Of a DNA stretch of 64,000 bases, positions 38,751-47,614 are shown one piece after another; position 1 is the stretch's first letter; every line of letters starts with the position of its first letter. Under the pieces are notes generated by a model, which did not search any database, had not been told where the DNA came from, and worked only from the letters and a program-made list of their open reading frames with translations. The DNA is taken from the NCBI GenBank assembly GCA_965222175.1, contig OZ244938.1, forward strand, positions 2,486,932-2,550,931, written 5' to 3'. The position numbers and the translations under genes are program-made. This DNA comes from an uncultured Pseudohongiella sp. Lineage in GTDB: Bacteria; Pseudomonadota; Gammaproteobacteria; Pseudomonadales; Pseudohongiellaceae.

Positions 38751-39548
38751 TCAGCGTGGAAGTTTGACCGCATAGGCAGTAAATCCAAGATAAAGGCCCA
38801 CAAAAACGTACAGTCCAAGGATAAATTGCAGCAATGCAGGACCCTGTTCAAAGCGGGGCCCCCTGGTATCCAGCCTTACCAGGATCATGTCTTCAATTGC
38901 TTTCAGATCATGTTCGCTCATAGCCCGGGCAACGATTCTGTTATAAAAGTTACGCTGGCCGTATTTCCAGCTCACAACGTAACCGAAGCGATGATCGGCC
39001 GAAAGTTCTTCGTACTCTCCATGTATTGCCCAGACCCTCACCGGAACGGATGGATCCCATTGTTCAGTAACAAAAGGATCGGCATAGGTCAGCTTTCTGG
39101 ACCGCACCGTGGTTTCAAGACCTACTCCGTAGTCATGGAAGGCAAAACCGTCACGGAATTCCACAACGCCACGAATATCTCCTTCAGGTAATTCTGTGAC
39201 CGAAACTGGGCCAGACAACGGACCGTCGGGCAGATAGCGCCAAGGCACCTCAATGAAGATCAGGACAATCAACGGCAGTATAAAAGCAAGAACGGCAGCG
39301 CTGAGTGCATTCCACCGAACGAACCCTGAAGCGATTTTCGGGGAAAAATAATCTGAGTCACAACCGAAAAAATTCAGCAGCCGTTCAACGATCAGTAGAT
39401 CAGTCGATATTGACAGTAGCGCCCAACCCAACATTTTGTTGCTCATCCAATGGATGTTCAACAGAGCATAAAAAATGCAGAATCGAATCAACTGAAAAAG
39501 TATCAGGCTGACCCACAATCTGACCCATAGCCTGCTACTACCGTTCAA
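38751..39548 (-). CDS. Integral membrane protein, unknown function
   Basis: 265 aa with TM helices at both ends. Confidence 0.45.
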   Translation of the reverse strand: MNGSSRLWVRLWVSLILFQLIRFCIFYALLNIHWMSNKMLGWALLSISTDLLIVERLLNFFGCDSDYFSPKIASGFVRWNALSAAVLAFILPLIVLIFIEVPWRYLPDGPLSGPVSVTELPEGDIRGVVEFRDGFAFHDYGVGLETTVRSRKLTYADPFVTEQWDPSVPVRVWAIHGEYEELSADHRFGYVVSWKYGQRNFYNRIVARAMSEHDLKAIEDMILVRLDTRGPRFEQGPALLQFILGLYVFVGLYLGFTAYAVKLPR

Positions 39549-40042
39549 AATTTTGCCAGCTTCCTCAATTCAGCAATTTTTATTGTTTCGGCCCTGAGAT
39601 CGAGAACAAAGGGTAGTTTCCGACCGGCAAAGTTCAGCTTGATCCACGGAGCGTCGACTGTCTGATCCAGTTGCAGCCTGCCCTCGAAACGGGCAGCTTT
39701 CCTGATGTCTCTGACGCTGAAAACACGCTGCCGAAGACCAAAGCCGGACGGAGACAGGGTTTGCACGAGAATTTTTTCACCGTCCCTCTCAAGTTTCAAA
39801 AGGTATGAAGTTGCATACAGGAGCATACCCCCACCAAATGCACAACCGGCCAACGCGATGCCACCACCCATAACCAGCCGCATTCCAAAGGGTTTCAATA
39901 CCCCCCCATCGGCTTCTGCAAGTCCGTAGCCATTGAAAAGAATCCAGCCGGAGTACAGGCACACCACACTCAGAAGTAACGCGAACCAGAGCACCAGACG
40001 AACTTTCAATGCCTGCTTTCTGTTTTCGTATAGTATTCTCAA
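39545..40042 (-). CDS. Membrane protein, unknown function
   Basis: 165 aa with 3 TM helices. 4-bp overlap with the downstream ORF. Confidence 0.45.
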   Translation of the reverse strand: MRILYENRKQALKVRLVLWFALLLSVVCLYSGWILFNGYGLAEADGGVLKPFGMRLVMGGGIALAGCAFGGGMLLYATSYLLKLERDGEKILVQTLSPSGFGLRQRVFSVRDIRKAARFEGRLQLDQTVDAPWIKLNFAGRKLPFVLDLRAETIKIAELRKLAKF

Positions 40043-40389
40043 TACGGCTCACCTGAATTCGTGCCTGGGTCGGCGTGAAAGTCGAAACGGAACCAAAGGT
40101 CAATCGTGGTCGAATCCAGCAAATAAAGTTTGTCGCAGAAGCGGAACCCATGCCTTGGCGCTAGCTCCTGGCAGCGGACCATCAGTTTATGGAACAGTAC
40201 TTCGTATAGCATAAAGATTTGTTGTTCATTGATACGGGTTAGAGATGTCCTGGTGATGCGAGCGCTGCCAAGATGGTAGGGCTTGAATCTCCCTGTTATT
40301 ACAGTGTGGTTGCACATCCATTGTACCAATTTATTGAGATTCAGGCCTTTATTAATGCAAAGTTATGGGACAACAGCGATCAGCCCTAC
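40039..40389 (-). pseudogene. IS4-family (DUF4372-type) transposase remnant: IS left end fused to codons ~88-160 only
   Basis: Translation YHLGSARITRTSLTRINEQQIFMLYEVLFHKLMVRCQELAPRHGFRFCDKLYLLDSTTIDLW matches the IS4-family N-terminal region. The ORF shares a ~110 bp 5' leader with 42297..42409 but skips the first ~87 codons. It is truncated after DSTTIDL. Confidence 0.65.
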
Positions 40390-40575
40390 AAATGCCGGGC
40401 GACCTGGCAAGACCCGGATTTTAAAATATCTGTCCTAGCGCGAACGTATTTCGGTCTTGTTTTCAACAGTGTGCGCAATCGATTTCTTAAGCTGTATTTG
40501 AATCCACACGACCGGAAGCCAGCTCATCCCGATAAGAAAATAGATTCCAACTGTCAGCAATAGCCATGTAGTGTT

Positions 40576-40788
40576 TCAATCATAGCCAACCTCGTGAAGA
40601 AGCCAGAATCCTGTCAATGGTTGCAGAATTACCGCTGGAATCGTAAATATACAGTCAGCCAACACCGTATTTCTGACTGCATAGTATTTGCCGTGCTGAT
40701 TGGGAATTAAATAGGAACGAAACATAAAAAATACGATACCTGCTAATAGCAAACAGGACGGTTGAGCCAATGATGTGCAGAATGACAT
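40576..40788 (-). pseudogene. N-terminal fragment of a DUF2269 membrane protein paralog
   Basis: 70 aa (IVFFMFRSYLIPNQHGKYYAVRNTVLADCIFTIPAVILQPLTGFWLL) homologous to the N-terminus of the 28367..28876 protein. Truncated where the IS remnant begins. Confidence 0.55.
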
Positions 40789-40883
40789 TCATAACTGAAT
40801 CTTGAAATCGGCCAGTTACTGGCCCTATACAGAGAATTCACATACCAGTCTGAGGAGTGTACCTGTAAACCCCTCCGCGGACC

Positions 40884-41987
40884 TCAGGTATATCCTTTGC
40901 CACCACAGGAATTGCACCGCCCGTAGCCAAAACATTTGAGACAGTTAGAATCCGCTGAAACGTTAATACCTCTGCCTCCACAGAAAAAGCAGCTTCCGGA
41001 ACCTCCGCAAGTGAAGCACGACGCGCCATAACCCTGGGGGGTTTTAGTGATCCTATCCATTGATCCACTGCCAAGTGAAGCACGCAAGTCAGCCACGTCG
41101 GATTGAATTTCACGACGAGACTGATCCAGCTGACTACGTAAACTGTCCGGATTCCCATTGGAGATCGGCGCGGGTGTGGCAGGGGCGCTTTGTGGAACGG
41201 GCTTGACCAGCGAGAAATTTCCTTTTGGCTCCAGCTCCAGAATTATCCAGAAGGTATCTGGAGGCGAAAACAAAGCCATCTCCTTAAACGGAATCTTACA
41301 ATAACCATCGTTGCCCCATTCCTTACCCCAGCTGTTTCTTACGATAAAGTGACCCGCTGTGGAATCATAACCAACAATCAACATGCAGTGACCACTGGCT
41401 GGCTGGGAAACCAGTTCTGCCGGCTCTGAAGGCGGCATAAGACCAGTTTTCCCTGCTTCTTCATAAAGCCTTTGGGGAAGAAAGGTACCGAATACGACCG
41501 GGTAGTTGTTTGCGAGAGCCAGCATCGCACCATCCGGACCGGGAACCCGTGCATACTGTATTGCTTCATGTAACTTGCCGTTTTCGTATGCCTGTTGCGG
41601 TGGTTCCTTTATATAATTGTTGATGTCATAAGGCCAGAACTTGGATTCGCAGGCGCCAAAGGCCATTACCGCAGCCATTGCCTCGTTAATTGCCGCTCCA
41701 GAATCCTGCTCAGTCATCCCTTTCAAACGGCGAGTATTATAGTAGACAAACAGTCGGCTCAGTTCCGTCGAGTGTCCATCGCGCCTGGTATAGGCATACT
41801 CCAGTGCCCCCACACAGGCATTTGCTGTGCAACTGCCGATCCGCCCCTGATCTTCAACAGGTGAACAGTATTGTCGCAAATCAACTTTGGTGGGTAGATC
41901 CTGTTGCCCGAATTCAAGCCTATAATCACCGGCTTCAATACTCCCGAAGTCACACCCGTCAAGTCGATTTCCATCACTTGTCAACAT
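40884..41987 (-). CDS. Papain-like C1 cysteine peptidase fused to C-terminal DnaJ-type zinc finger (4x CxxCxGxG)
   Basis: Paralog of the 35764..36678 protein (QGRIGSCTANA; GHCMLIVGYD; NSWGKEWGNDGYC). C-terminus carries four DnaJ-type repeats: CFTCGGSG, CFFCGGRG, CLKCFGYG, CNSCGGKG. Confidence 0.75.
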   Translation of the reverse strand: MLTSDGNRLDGCDFGSIEAGDYRLEFGQQDLPTKVDLRQYCSPVEDQGRIGSCTANACVGALEYAYTRRDGHSTELSRLFVYYNTRRLKGMTEQDSGAAINEAMAAVMAFGACESKFWPYDINNYIKEPPQQAYENGKLHEAIQYARVPGPDGAMLALANNYPVVFGTFLPQRLYEEAGKTGLMPPSEPAELVSQPASGHCMLIVGYDSTAGHFIVRNSWGKEWGNDGYCKIPFKEMALFSPPDTFWIILELEPKGNFSLVKPVPQSAPATPAPISNGNPDSLRSQLDQSRREIQSDVADLRASLGSGSMDRITKTPQGYGASCFTCGGSGSCFFCGGRGINVSADSNCLKCFGYGRCNSCGGKGYT

Positions 41988-42107
41988 CTATCAAGCCTCA
42001 CGTTTTTCAACATCAGTTAAAAATGGGCCGGCTTCTTTTATCTGCCATACCTCGAATCCCGGTATACCAGGTGAGCAGCCAGCCCACCGCTATCAAACGT
42101 AACCCAA

Positions 42108-42409
42108 TTACAGACTGCATCCACCATTTTCAGAGTTAGGTCTGTATCGCCATGAAGATTTCCTGAATTCCCCGTAGTCTGGCCACCGAGACATTTTACG
42201 CAGTTTCTGGCCAACATGATGCCGATTGGCCAGGGATTCGAATTCATGTCTCGGAATGAATTTTAGCAATTGAGCGAAGACCGTATGATGATGTGCCAAG
42301 GCTTGAATCTCCCTGTTATTACAGTGTTTGGTTGCACATCCATTGTATCAACTTGTTGAGATTCAGGCCTTTTTTAATGCAAAGTTATGGAACAGCAGTG
42401 ATCTGATTC
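42108..42409 (-). pseudogene. IS4-family transposase remnant: IS left end plus first ~38 codons
   Basis: TTG-start ORF reading AHHHTVFAQLLKFIPRHEFESLANRHHVGQKLRKMSRW (DUF4372 N-terminus), then unrelated sequence. Its leader is about 90% identical to 40283..40389. Confidence 0.65.
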
Positions 42410-42778
42410 TGAAAAATTGGGTAGAATTTACGCAACAATATTCTTGACGATTCAGCTGCAGGACTGGCGAAGTCTCCGGAAAATTCCGGATTGGAAGACA
42501 GCCTTCCCGATCCGGCACTCAAGAGAGACTGCAGCGAGTATTGTGCCGTCTGTAATATCGCGCGACGCTGCTATTATTGCAATGGCACGGGACGAATCTC
42601 TGGTGACGGTTGCTGGAAATGCTCCGCATCCGGCAGATGTTACGCCTGCATGTACTGGTAACCTTTCAGGAAAACCTTCTTTGAATCGTCTCAAACCATG
42701 GCATCACTACCAGGTTAAATTGTCAACACTGTGAGATTCCGGCAAGCAACGCCGACAGTAAGACGGCAAGGTAACAGA

Positions 42779-43753
42779 CTACTCAGCGAGCCGGGATTGT
42801 TCATCATCCCAACGGTAGCCTCTGTTCAGCAGGCAAAGGACGTAGCGGTCCGAAGTTGCCGGGTCTTCCCGATGCTGTTTCTCGATACGCAGGTCGTGGG
42901 TCGCGGGATGCCAGTCATTGTCATTGACAATGCCGTGAGGGACCAGGGTACCGTCACCGGCCTGTAGCAGGAACGCCTGGGTGCTGCGACCCTGCAGCAA
43001 GTCAGAAGCGACCGGGGCAGATTGACTACCGACTGACCGGGCCACCGCCATGCAAGCCACTGCCTGGTCGTAACCGGACCAGTCTGGTGCATTGACAGGC
43101 GGCAACAGTACCTGGATCGAAACCGGTTGCTGGCGCACGCCCCCGGGCAACATGACCACTGCCGAATCCGGGAGAATTTCCGGTGATCGTTCGAACCGGA
43201 ACCAGTAGCTGGCTTTAAAAGCAATGGGGACAACAGCCAGTGCGCCCGCGCTTAATTCGTGGTTCTCCATGATCAGGGCACCATCCGCAGAGCGAAACAG
43301 GCGCCTTTCCACGGAACTGCGGGCCAGCACCGGCAGAAACGGCGGCACGCCACCGAACTGCCAGTCACTATTGTGGAGCACCAGTTGCCCATCCACACAA
43401 TCAAATTCGTCACGGGCAATCTGTCTTTCAAACAGCAGCTCGTCACCAACCCAGGCCTGAATAGCCAGAGCGGACTGGACGCCAACGGCCAGGGTCAGCC
43501 TGGTAACCGCCAGCCGTTCATAATAGTACAGACGAGGCTCGGAAATTTTCAACGGAAAAAAAAGGTCGGCCAACACCACCTGGTCGCCGTCGTCCCAGAC
43601 GCCAAAATTTTCAAACGAGCCGTCAAGGCTGACACAATCCGCCGCAGCCTGCTGCAACGGGGGTGACCAGTCAGCCGGGTACGGGTTTGCAGTACAGCCG
43701 GTCAGAACCAGCACCATTGGCAACCGCAGATAAGAACTGCAATGGTGAGACAT
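42779..43753 (-). CDS. Lipoprotein, unknown function
   Basis: Lipobox LVLTGC. Coding T8 tract at 43557..43564 (LFFPL). Confidence 0.55.
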   Translation of the reverse strand: MSHHCSSYLRLPMVLVLTGCTANPYPADWSPPLQQAAADCVSLDGSFENFGVWDDGDQVVLADLFFPLKISEPRLYYYERLAVTRLTLAVGVQSALAIQAWVGDELLFERQIARDEFDCVDGQLVLHNSDWQFGGVPPFLPVLARSSVERRLFRSADGALIMENHELSAGALAVVPIAFKASYWFRFERSPEILPDSAVVMLPGGVRQQPVSIQVLLPPVNAPDWSGYDQAVACMAVARSVGSQSAPVASDLLQGRSTQAFLLQAGDGTLVPHGIVNDNDWHPATHDLRIEKQHREDPATSDRYVLCLLNRGYRWDDEQSRLAE

Positions 43754-44429
43754 TACCGATTCCCTTCCCCGGACTGGTCGCCGGATTCAACCCGGTCATA
43801 TACAAACCACACCTGTTCACCCTTGATATACATGGGAAACACCAGGAAAAATGTGCCGGTGAGCCTGCCCACGTAATGTACAGCCAACTCTCCGTCTTCG
43901 GTAAATGCCAGCGTATACTCATCTCTTTCCGCAGCCGGTAAAAAAATTCCCCCGGTCCAGAACAAACCCGCCACTACACCATCGAGCACCAGGGCATTCC
44001 AGCGGGTCGTGAAGCGCCAGCGACCGTCATCGCAGTCCCTGTCTCGTGGCTGCAGGATGACGCTCTCATCAAACCTGGAGCCTTCAGACCACGCGTACAG
44101 GACCAGTCTGTTGTCATTATCCCTATCAAACTGAACGCGGTCGATGGCAAAACCGGCCAACTCACCCCCCATATCAGCGAGGACAGTCGTGGAGTGGTTG
44201 TCTGCTGCTCACTGATTGTGCGGCCCGTATTGGCATAAAAACCGGTGGGCGATTGACAGGCGGCCGCAGTGTTGGCTACCAGTCGGGGTTCCTGCAACGC
44301 TTTCGTCACACAGCCACTCGGAACAAGTAGTGCCAGGAGCAGAGGAGCCAGGATTAACAAATTGATCCCGATGAAGCGGCCAGGATTGCCGCGCAGCGCC
44401 CGGTTTACCAATCGGTGGCTGGTGAACAT
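43753..44429 (-). pseudogene. Lipoprotein gene with frameshift at G6 homopolymer (44164..44169)
   Basis: Signal peptide with lipobox (LLLALLVPSGC) is in one frame. The protein-like remainder (GGELAGFAIDRVQFDRD...) is in the -1 frame. The two frames meet at the gggggg run, and one extra G restores a single ORF. Confidence 0.55.
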
Positions 44430-44558
44430 TTGAGCCACCGATAATAGTATCGACCTCGCAGCGGAGATGGCCGTGGTAACACAGTCAATCTCGACCATTC
44501 CCGTCACCTGCCCTCCCCGATTAAAGAATTGAACTTCTTCTTGCGGATTCCACCTGGA

Positions 44559-45344
44559 TCACTCGGACGACAGGTGCAAGCCTTGGAGGGCATTGCCGAA
44601 GTCGATTTCCAGGCTGTATCGCTGCGGGTCGGGGTTCAGTTGATACTCCAGTCGGAGTTTCCGCGGTGATGGCGTCAGGGGGAAAAACAGGTCCAGTCCC
44701 CGGGACTCGCCTGGCTCCAGAAACATCGGCAGAACTGTCTGGCGGCTGCTTATTTCGGTATCGACCCGCCCCTGATTCAGTGATTTAACCACGCCGCCAG
44801 CAACCAGTACCGGTGCGGCCAACAGGACGCCCACTGTTGTAGCGGCCGCCGCAGAACTCATGTACAGCGCTGCTGCACCGGCACTGACGGCGGCTGCGCC
44901 TCCTACCGCGCCTGCCGCCAATAGTGCGCCTGCCCCCACTCCCGCTTTTACCTGGATATCGTTATCCGCATAGCGCCTTGCGGTCTGTCTTGAGCCGGCT
45001 ACCAGTCCGCGGCGACTTTCACCCGATGACCTCCGCACAAGCATTGAATCGTAAACACCAATGTCCTCGATGAGCAGGCGATCTTGCGAATGATTCTGAA
45101 CTCGAACAAGGTATTCATCCCAATCGGCATTCTTCGCCCAGGTGCCCGGCCCCTCCCGAACAATTACCCAGTCCACCGACACCGTAACCTGCTCATCAGC
45201 CGCCTCGGCAATGGGCTGTCCAATTGCCATGGGCAGTGGTTCCTTCAGTATTTTTGTTCCGCCACAGGCGGCCAGTGCCAGGTAGAGCAGGGAGACAAGA
45301 ACAGGCCTGACTAAGCGGATAGTTAGTGGGTTAAAATTTAGCAT
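44559..45344 (-). CDS. Lipoprotein with Gly/Ala-rich zipper-like segment
   Basis: Internal Met start MLNFNPLTIRLVRPVLVSLLYLALAACGG (lipobox). Contains GVGAGALLAAGAVGGAAAVSAGAAALY. Confidence 0.55.
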   Translation of the reverse strand: MLNFNPLTIRLVRPVLVSLLYLALAACGGTKILKEPLPMAIGQPIAEAADEQVTVSVDWVIVREGPGTWAKNADWDEYLVRVQNHSQDRLLIEDIGVYDSMLVRRSSGESRRGLVAGSRQTARRYADNDIQVKAGVGAGALLAAGAVGGAAAVSAGAAALYMSSAAAATTVGVLLAAPVLVAGGVVKSLNQGRVDTEISSRQTVLPMFLEPGESRGLDLFFPLTPSPRKLRLEYQLNPDPQRYSLEIDFGNALQGLHLSSE

Positions 45345-45630
45345 GGGTCCAGACGCTCCGTTTTGGAGAAATGCGTGAAAAGGCCTGAAACCAATGCCCA
45401 CTATTCCGCGTGGCGTTAGTGGCGAGTGGGTCGCGGACAGTGACACGTCCCGATGGATTCGGGCTGTCCGGCTTAAAACCATTGGGCAGTTGCTGGCAAA
45501 GTACGCCCGAACCCGAAGTTTGTAAATACACAGTCAAAAATATAATTTGCCCCCCGGCAATGTCCACATACCAGGACAGCCAGGGCTGTTTACTGTTGAC
45601 AGTATCATTTATGTCCATTATTCTCGACAA

Positions 45631-45996
45631 ATGGACATTACGCAGGCAACCAGGTCGCTGAGCGCCCTCTCCCAGGAAACGCGGCTGGAGACTTTCCGGT
45701 TGCTGGTACGTGCCGGCAACGATGGCATGGCGGCAGGAGAAATTGCCCGCACCCTGGGTATTCCCCACAACACCATGTCGTCACACCTGGCCATTCTTGT
45801 TGCTGCCGGGCTGGTTTATTCCCGGCGCGAAGGCCGCTCCATTATCTACACGGTCAACTTTGACGGCACGCGGGGTCTGCTGGCGTTCCTGATGGAAGAC
45901 TGCTGTCAGGGCCGTGCCGAGGTCTGTGCACCGGTACTGGACAGTATTCTGCCTGGTTGCTGTAACCAGGTACCCCCTCAAGGAGAAGTACTATGA
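45631..45996 (+). CDS. ArsR/SmtB family metalloregulator
   Basis: HTH region ETRLETFRLLVRAGNDGMAAGEIARTLGIPHNTMSSHLAILVAAGLV. C-terminal Cys pairs. Confidence 0.75.
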   Translation: MDITQATRSLSALSQETRLETFRLLVRAGNDGMAAGEIARTLGIPHNTMSSHLAILVAAGLVYSRREGRSIIYTVNFDGTRGLLAFLMEDCCQGRAEVCAPVLDSILPGCCNQVPPQGEVL

Positions 45997-46454
45997 AACG
46001 ACTGCACGTCAACCTGGCGGTTAGCGATATTCAAGCGTCTACCGCGTTTTATACGTCTCTGTTCAATGCACAACCCACCCTGCTGAAAGAAGACTACGCC
46101 AAGTGGATGCTGGACGATCCCCGGGTAAATTTCGCCATCACCTCCCGTGGTTCCAACAAGGGCATTGACCATCTGGGCATACAGGTGGAAGACGAAGTCG
46201 AACTCGACGAAGTGTATACGCGGCTCAAATCTGCCGGCGCCCGGATTGTTGAGCAGGGCGAAACCACCTGCTGTTACGCGCAATCCGAGAAGAACTGGAT
46301 TTTCGATCCGGAAGGCATACCCTGGGAGACGTTTTTGACCAGGGGACAAAGTCCTGTTTACGGCAGCCATGAATCCGGTTCAGCCAAGAACGAGTCAGCC
46401 TGTTGCGCACGACCGGAAGTGCCTGCCGGCCGGTCCGGGTCGTCCTGCTGCTAG
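45993..46454 (+). CDS. ArsI/CadI-family VOC (glyoxalase-fold) metalloenzyme with Cys-rich C-terminus
   Basis: N-terminus MKRLHVNLAVSDIQASTAFYTSLF (VOC fold). C-terminal tail ...CCYAQ...CCARPEVPAGRSGSSCC. Confidence 0.6.
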   Translation: MKRLHVNLAVSDIQASTAFYTSLFNAQPTLLKEDYAKWMLDDPRVNFAITSRGSNKGIDHLGIQVEDEVELDEVYTRLKSAGARIVEQGETTCCYAQSEKNWIFDPEGIPWETFLTRGQSPVYGSHESGSAKNESACCARPEVPAGRSGSSCC

Positions 46455-46540
46455 TCACTGAAAAGGAATCCACGCGGTCTGCAAATGATGCTGGTGGAAG
46501 AGGACCGCCAGACGGGCGACAAAGAGCCTGATGATCAGGC

Positions 46541-47140
46541 TCAGTTGCCGCCGTAAGTCTCCCGCAGGGGTAAGTTGGCCTGCTGCCGAATAAGGTTTTC
46601 GGTGATACTGCGGTGTGGTCCGGGGCCAAGGCCCACGGTAGCCATCTCCTCCTGTTCAACCTCCCCGTTCCTGTTCATTATCGTTCCCGATGGCCTGCCC
46701 TTACCCTTCAGGTTGTAATAGGCATGAATGAGTTCGTGAGCCAGGCCCACCCAGGGTGGGCGCGCTCCATCCGGTGTGTTGATCATATTCGGGTTATACG
46801 TGATTGCAGTAACAGAATGTCCGCCGGACGTGGCATCTTTTTCGTTACCACGCTTGGCGACGTTCGTTCCCAGCCAACCCGTCACGCACCCTTCGTCATA
46901 GTGCATGTTGGCGCGCATGATACATACCGTATAGCCAAATTTCTGGTAGCGAACCCGCTGAGAAATACCTGCAAGTAGCTTCCTGCCAGCAGCCGTGATA
47001 GCTATGTCTGCCAACGCCTTTTTGACCAGGGTTGGGAACAATACACTGTCATGCTGATTCTTCATTCGGATAATGATGCCGGGATAGTCAGTCTCTGTAT
47101 CAAAGGGCACGTCGATTCTCCTTTCTGGCTGCGATTCCAC
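46541..47140 (-). CDS. HExxH zinc-metallopeptidase-like protein (effector/toxin-like, no signal peptide)
   Basis: GLAHELIHAYY motif. 199 aa. No secretion signal. Confidence 0.5.
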   Translation of the reverse strand: MESQPERRIDVPFDTETDYPGIIIRMKNQHDSVLFPTLVKKALADIAITAAGRKLLAGISQRVRYQKFGYTVCIMRANMHYDEGCVTGWLGTNVAKRGNEKDATSGGHSVTAITYNPNMINTPDGARPPWVGLAHELIHAYYNLKGKGRPSGTIMNRNGEVEQEEMATVGLGPGPHRSITENLIRQQANLPLRETYGGN

Positions 47141-47338
47141 AATGATCGAGCCTAAAATCCCGCAAATTCCTTGAAGAGTATATGGATCACCGAATTCATG
47201 TTTATTTGTACAGCATTAAGCGTTTCAATAGACCGATGCTGAATACCGGTGCAGCGATTGAAAACTGGCTGTCAAAAACCGGGAAAATCAGTACCATGAC
47301 AGGAACAGCCTTTTACAAGAAACCCGGAGGAGCAATCT

Positions 47339-47512
47339 GTGGAATTTATTATCGGTTTATTGGTTCTGGTACTGGATATAATCGCGATCATGGCGGTATT
47401 GGGCTCCAGTAATACCACTGCCATGAAACTTGTCTGGGTAGTGATTATCCTTCTGTTGCCAATCGTCGGGATGCTGCTCTGGTTTTTTATAGGAGCCAAG
47501 CAGAAAATCTGA
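47339..47512 (+). CDS. Small two-TM membrane protein (PLDc_N-like), not in ORF track as such
   Basis: GTG start with GGAGG 10 nt upstream. Translation VEFIIGLLVLVLDIIAIMAVLGSSNTTAMKLVWVVIILLLPIVGMLLWFFIGAKQKI. Confidence 0.45.
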   Translation: MEFIIGLLVLVLDIIAIMAVLGSSNTTAMKLVWVVIILLLPIVGMLLWFFIGAKQKI

Positions 47513-47614
47513 TGGATTGGCTGTCAGTGCTGCGTCTGTTCATGGGGTTGGGTGGCGTTAAAAGCTGCCTGTCATTATCTGCTGAAAAATACGCGGCAGA
47601 TCCTGGCTGGACTA

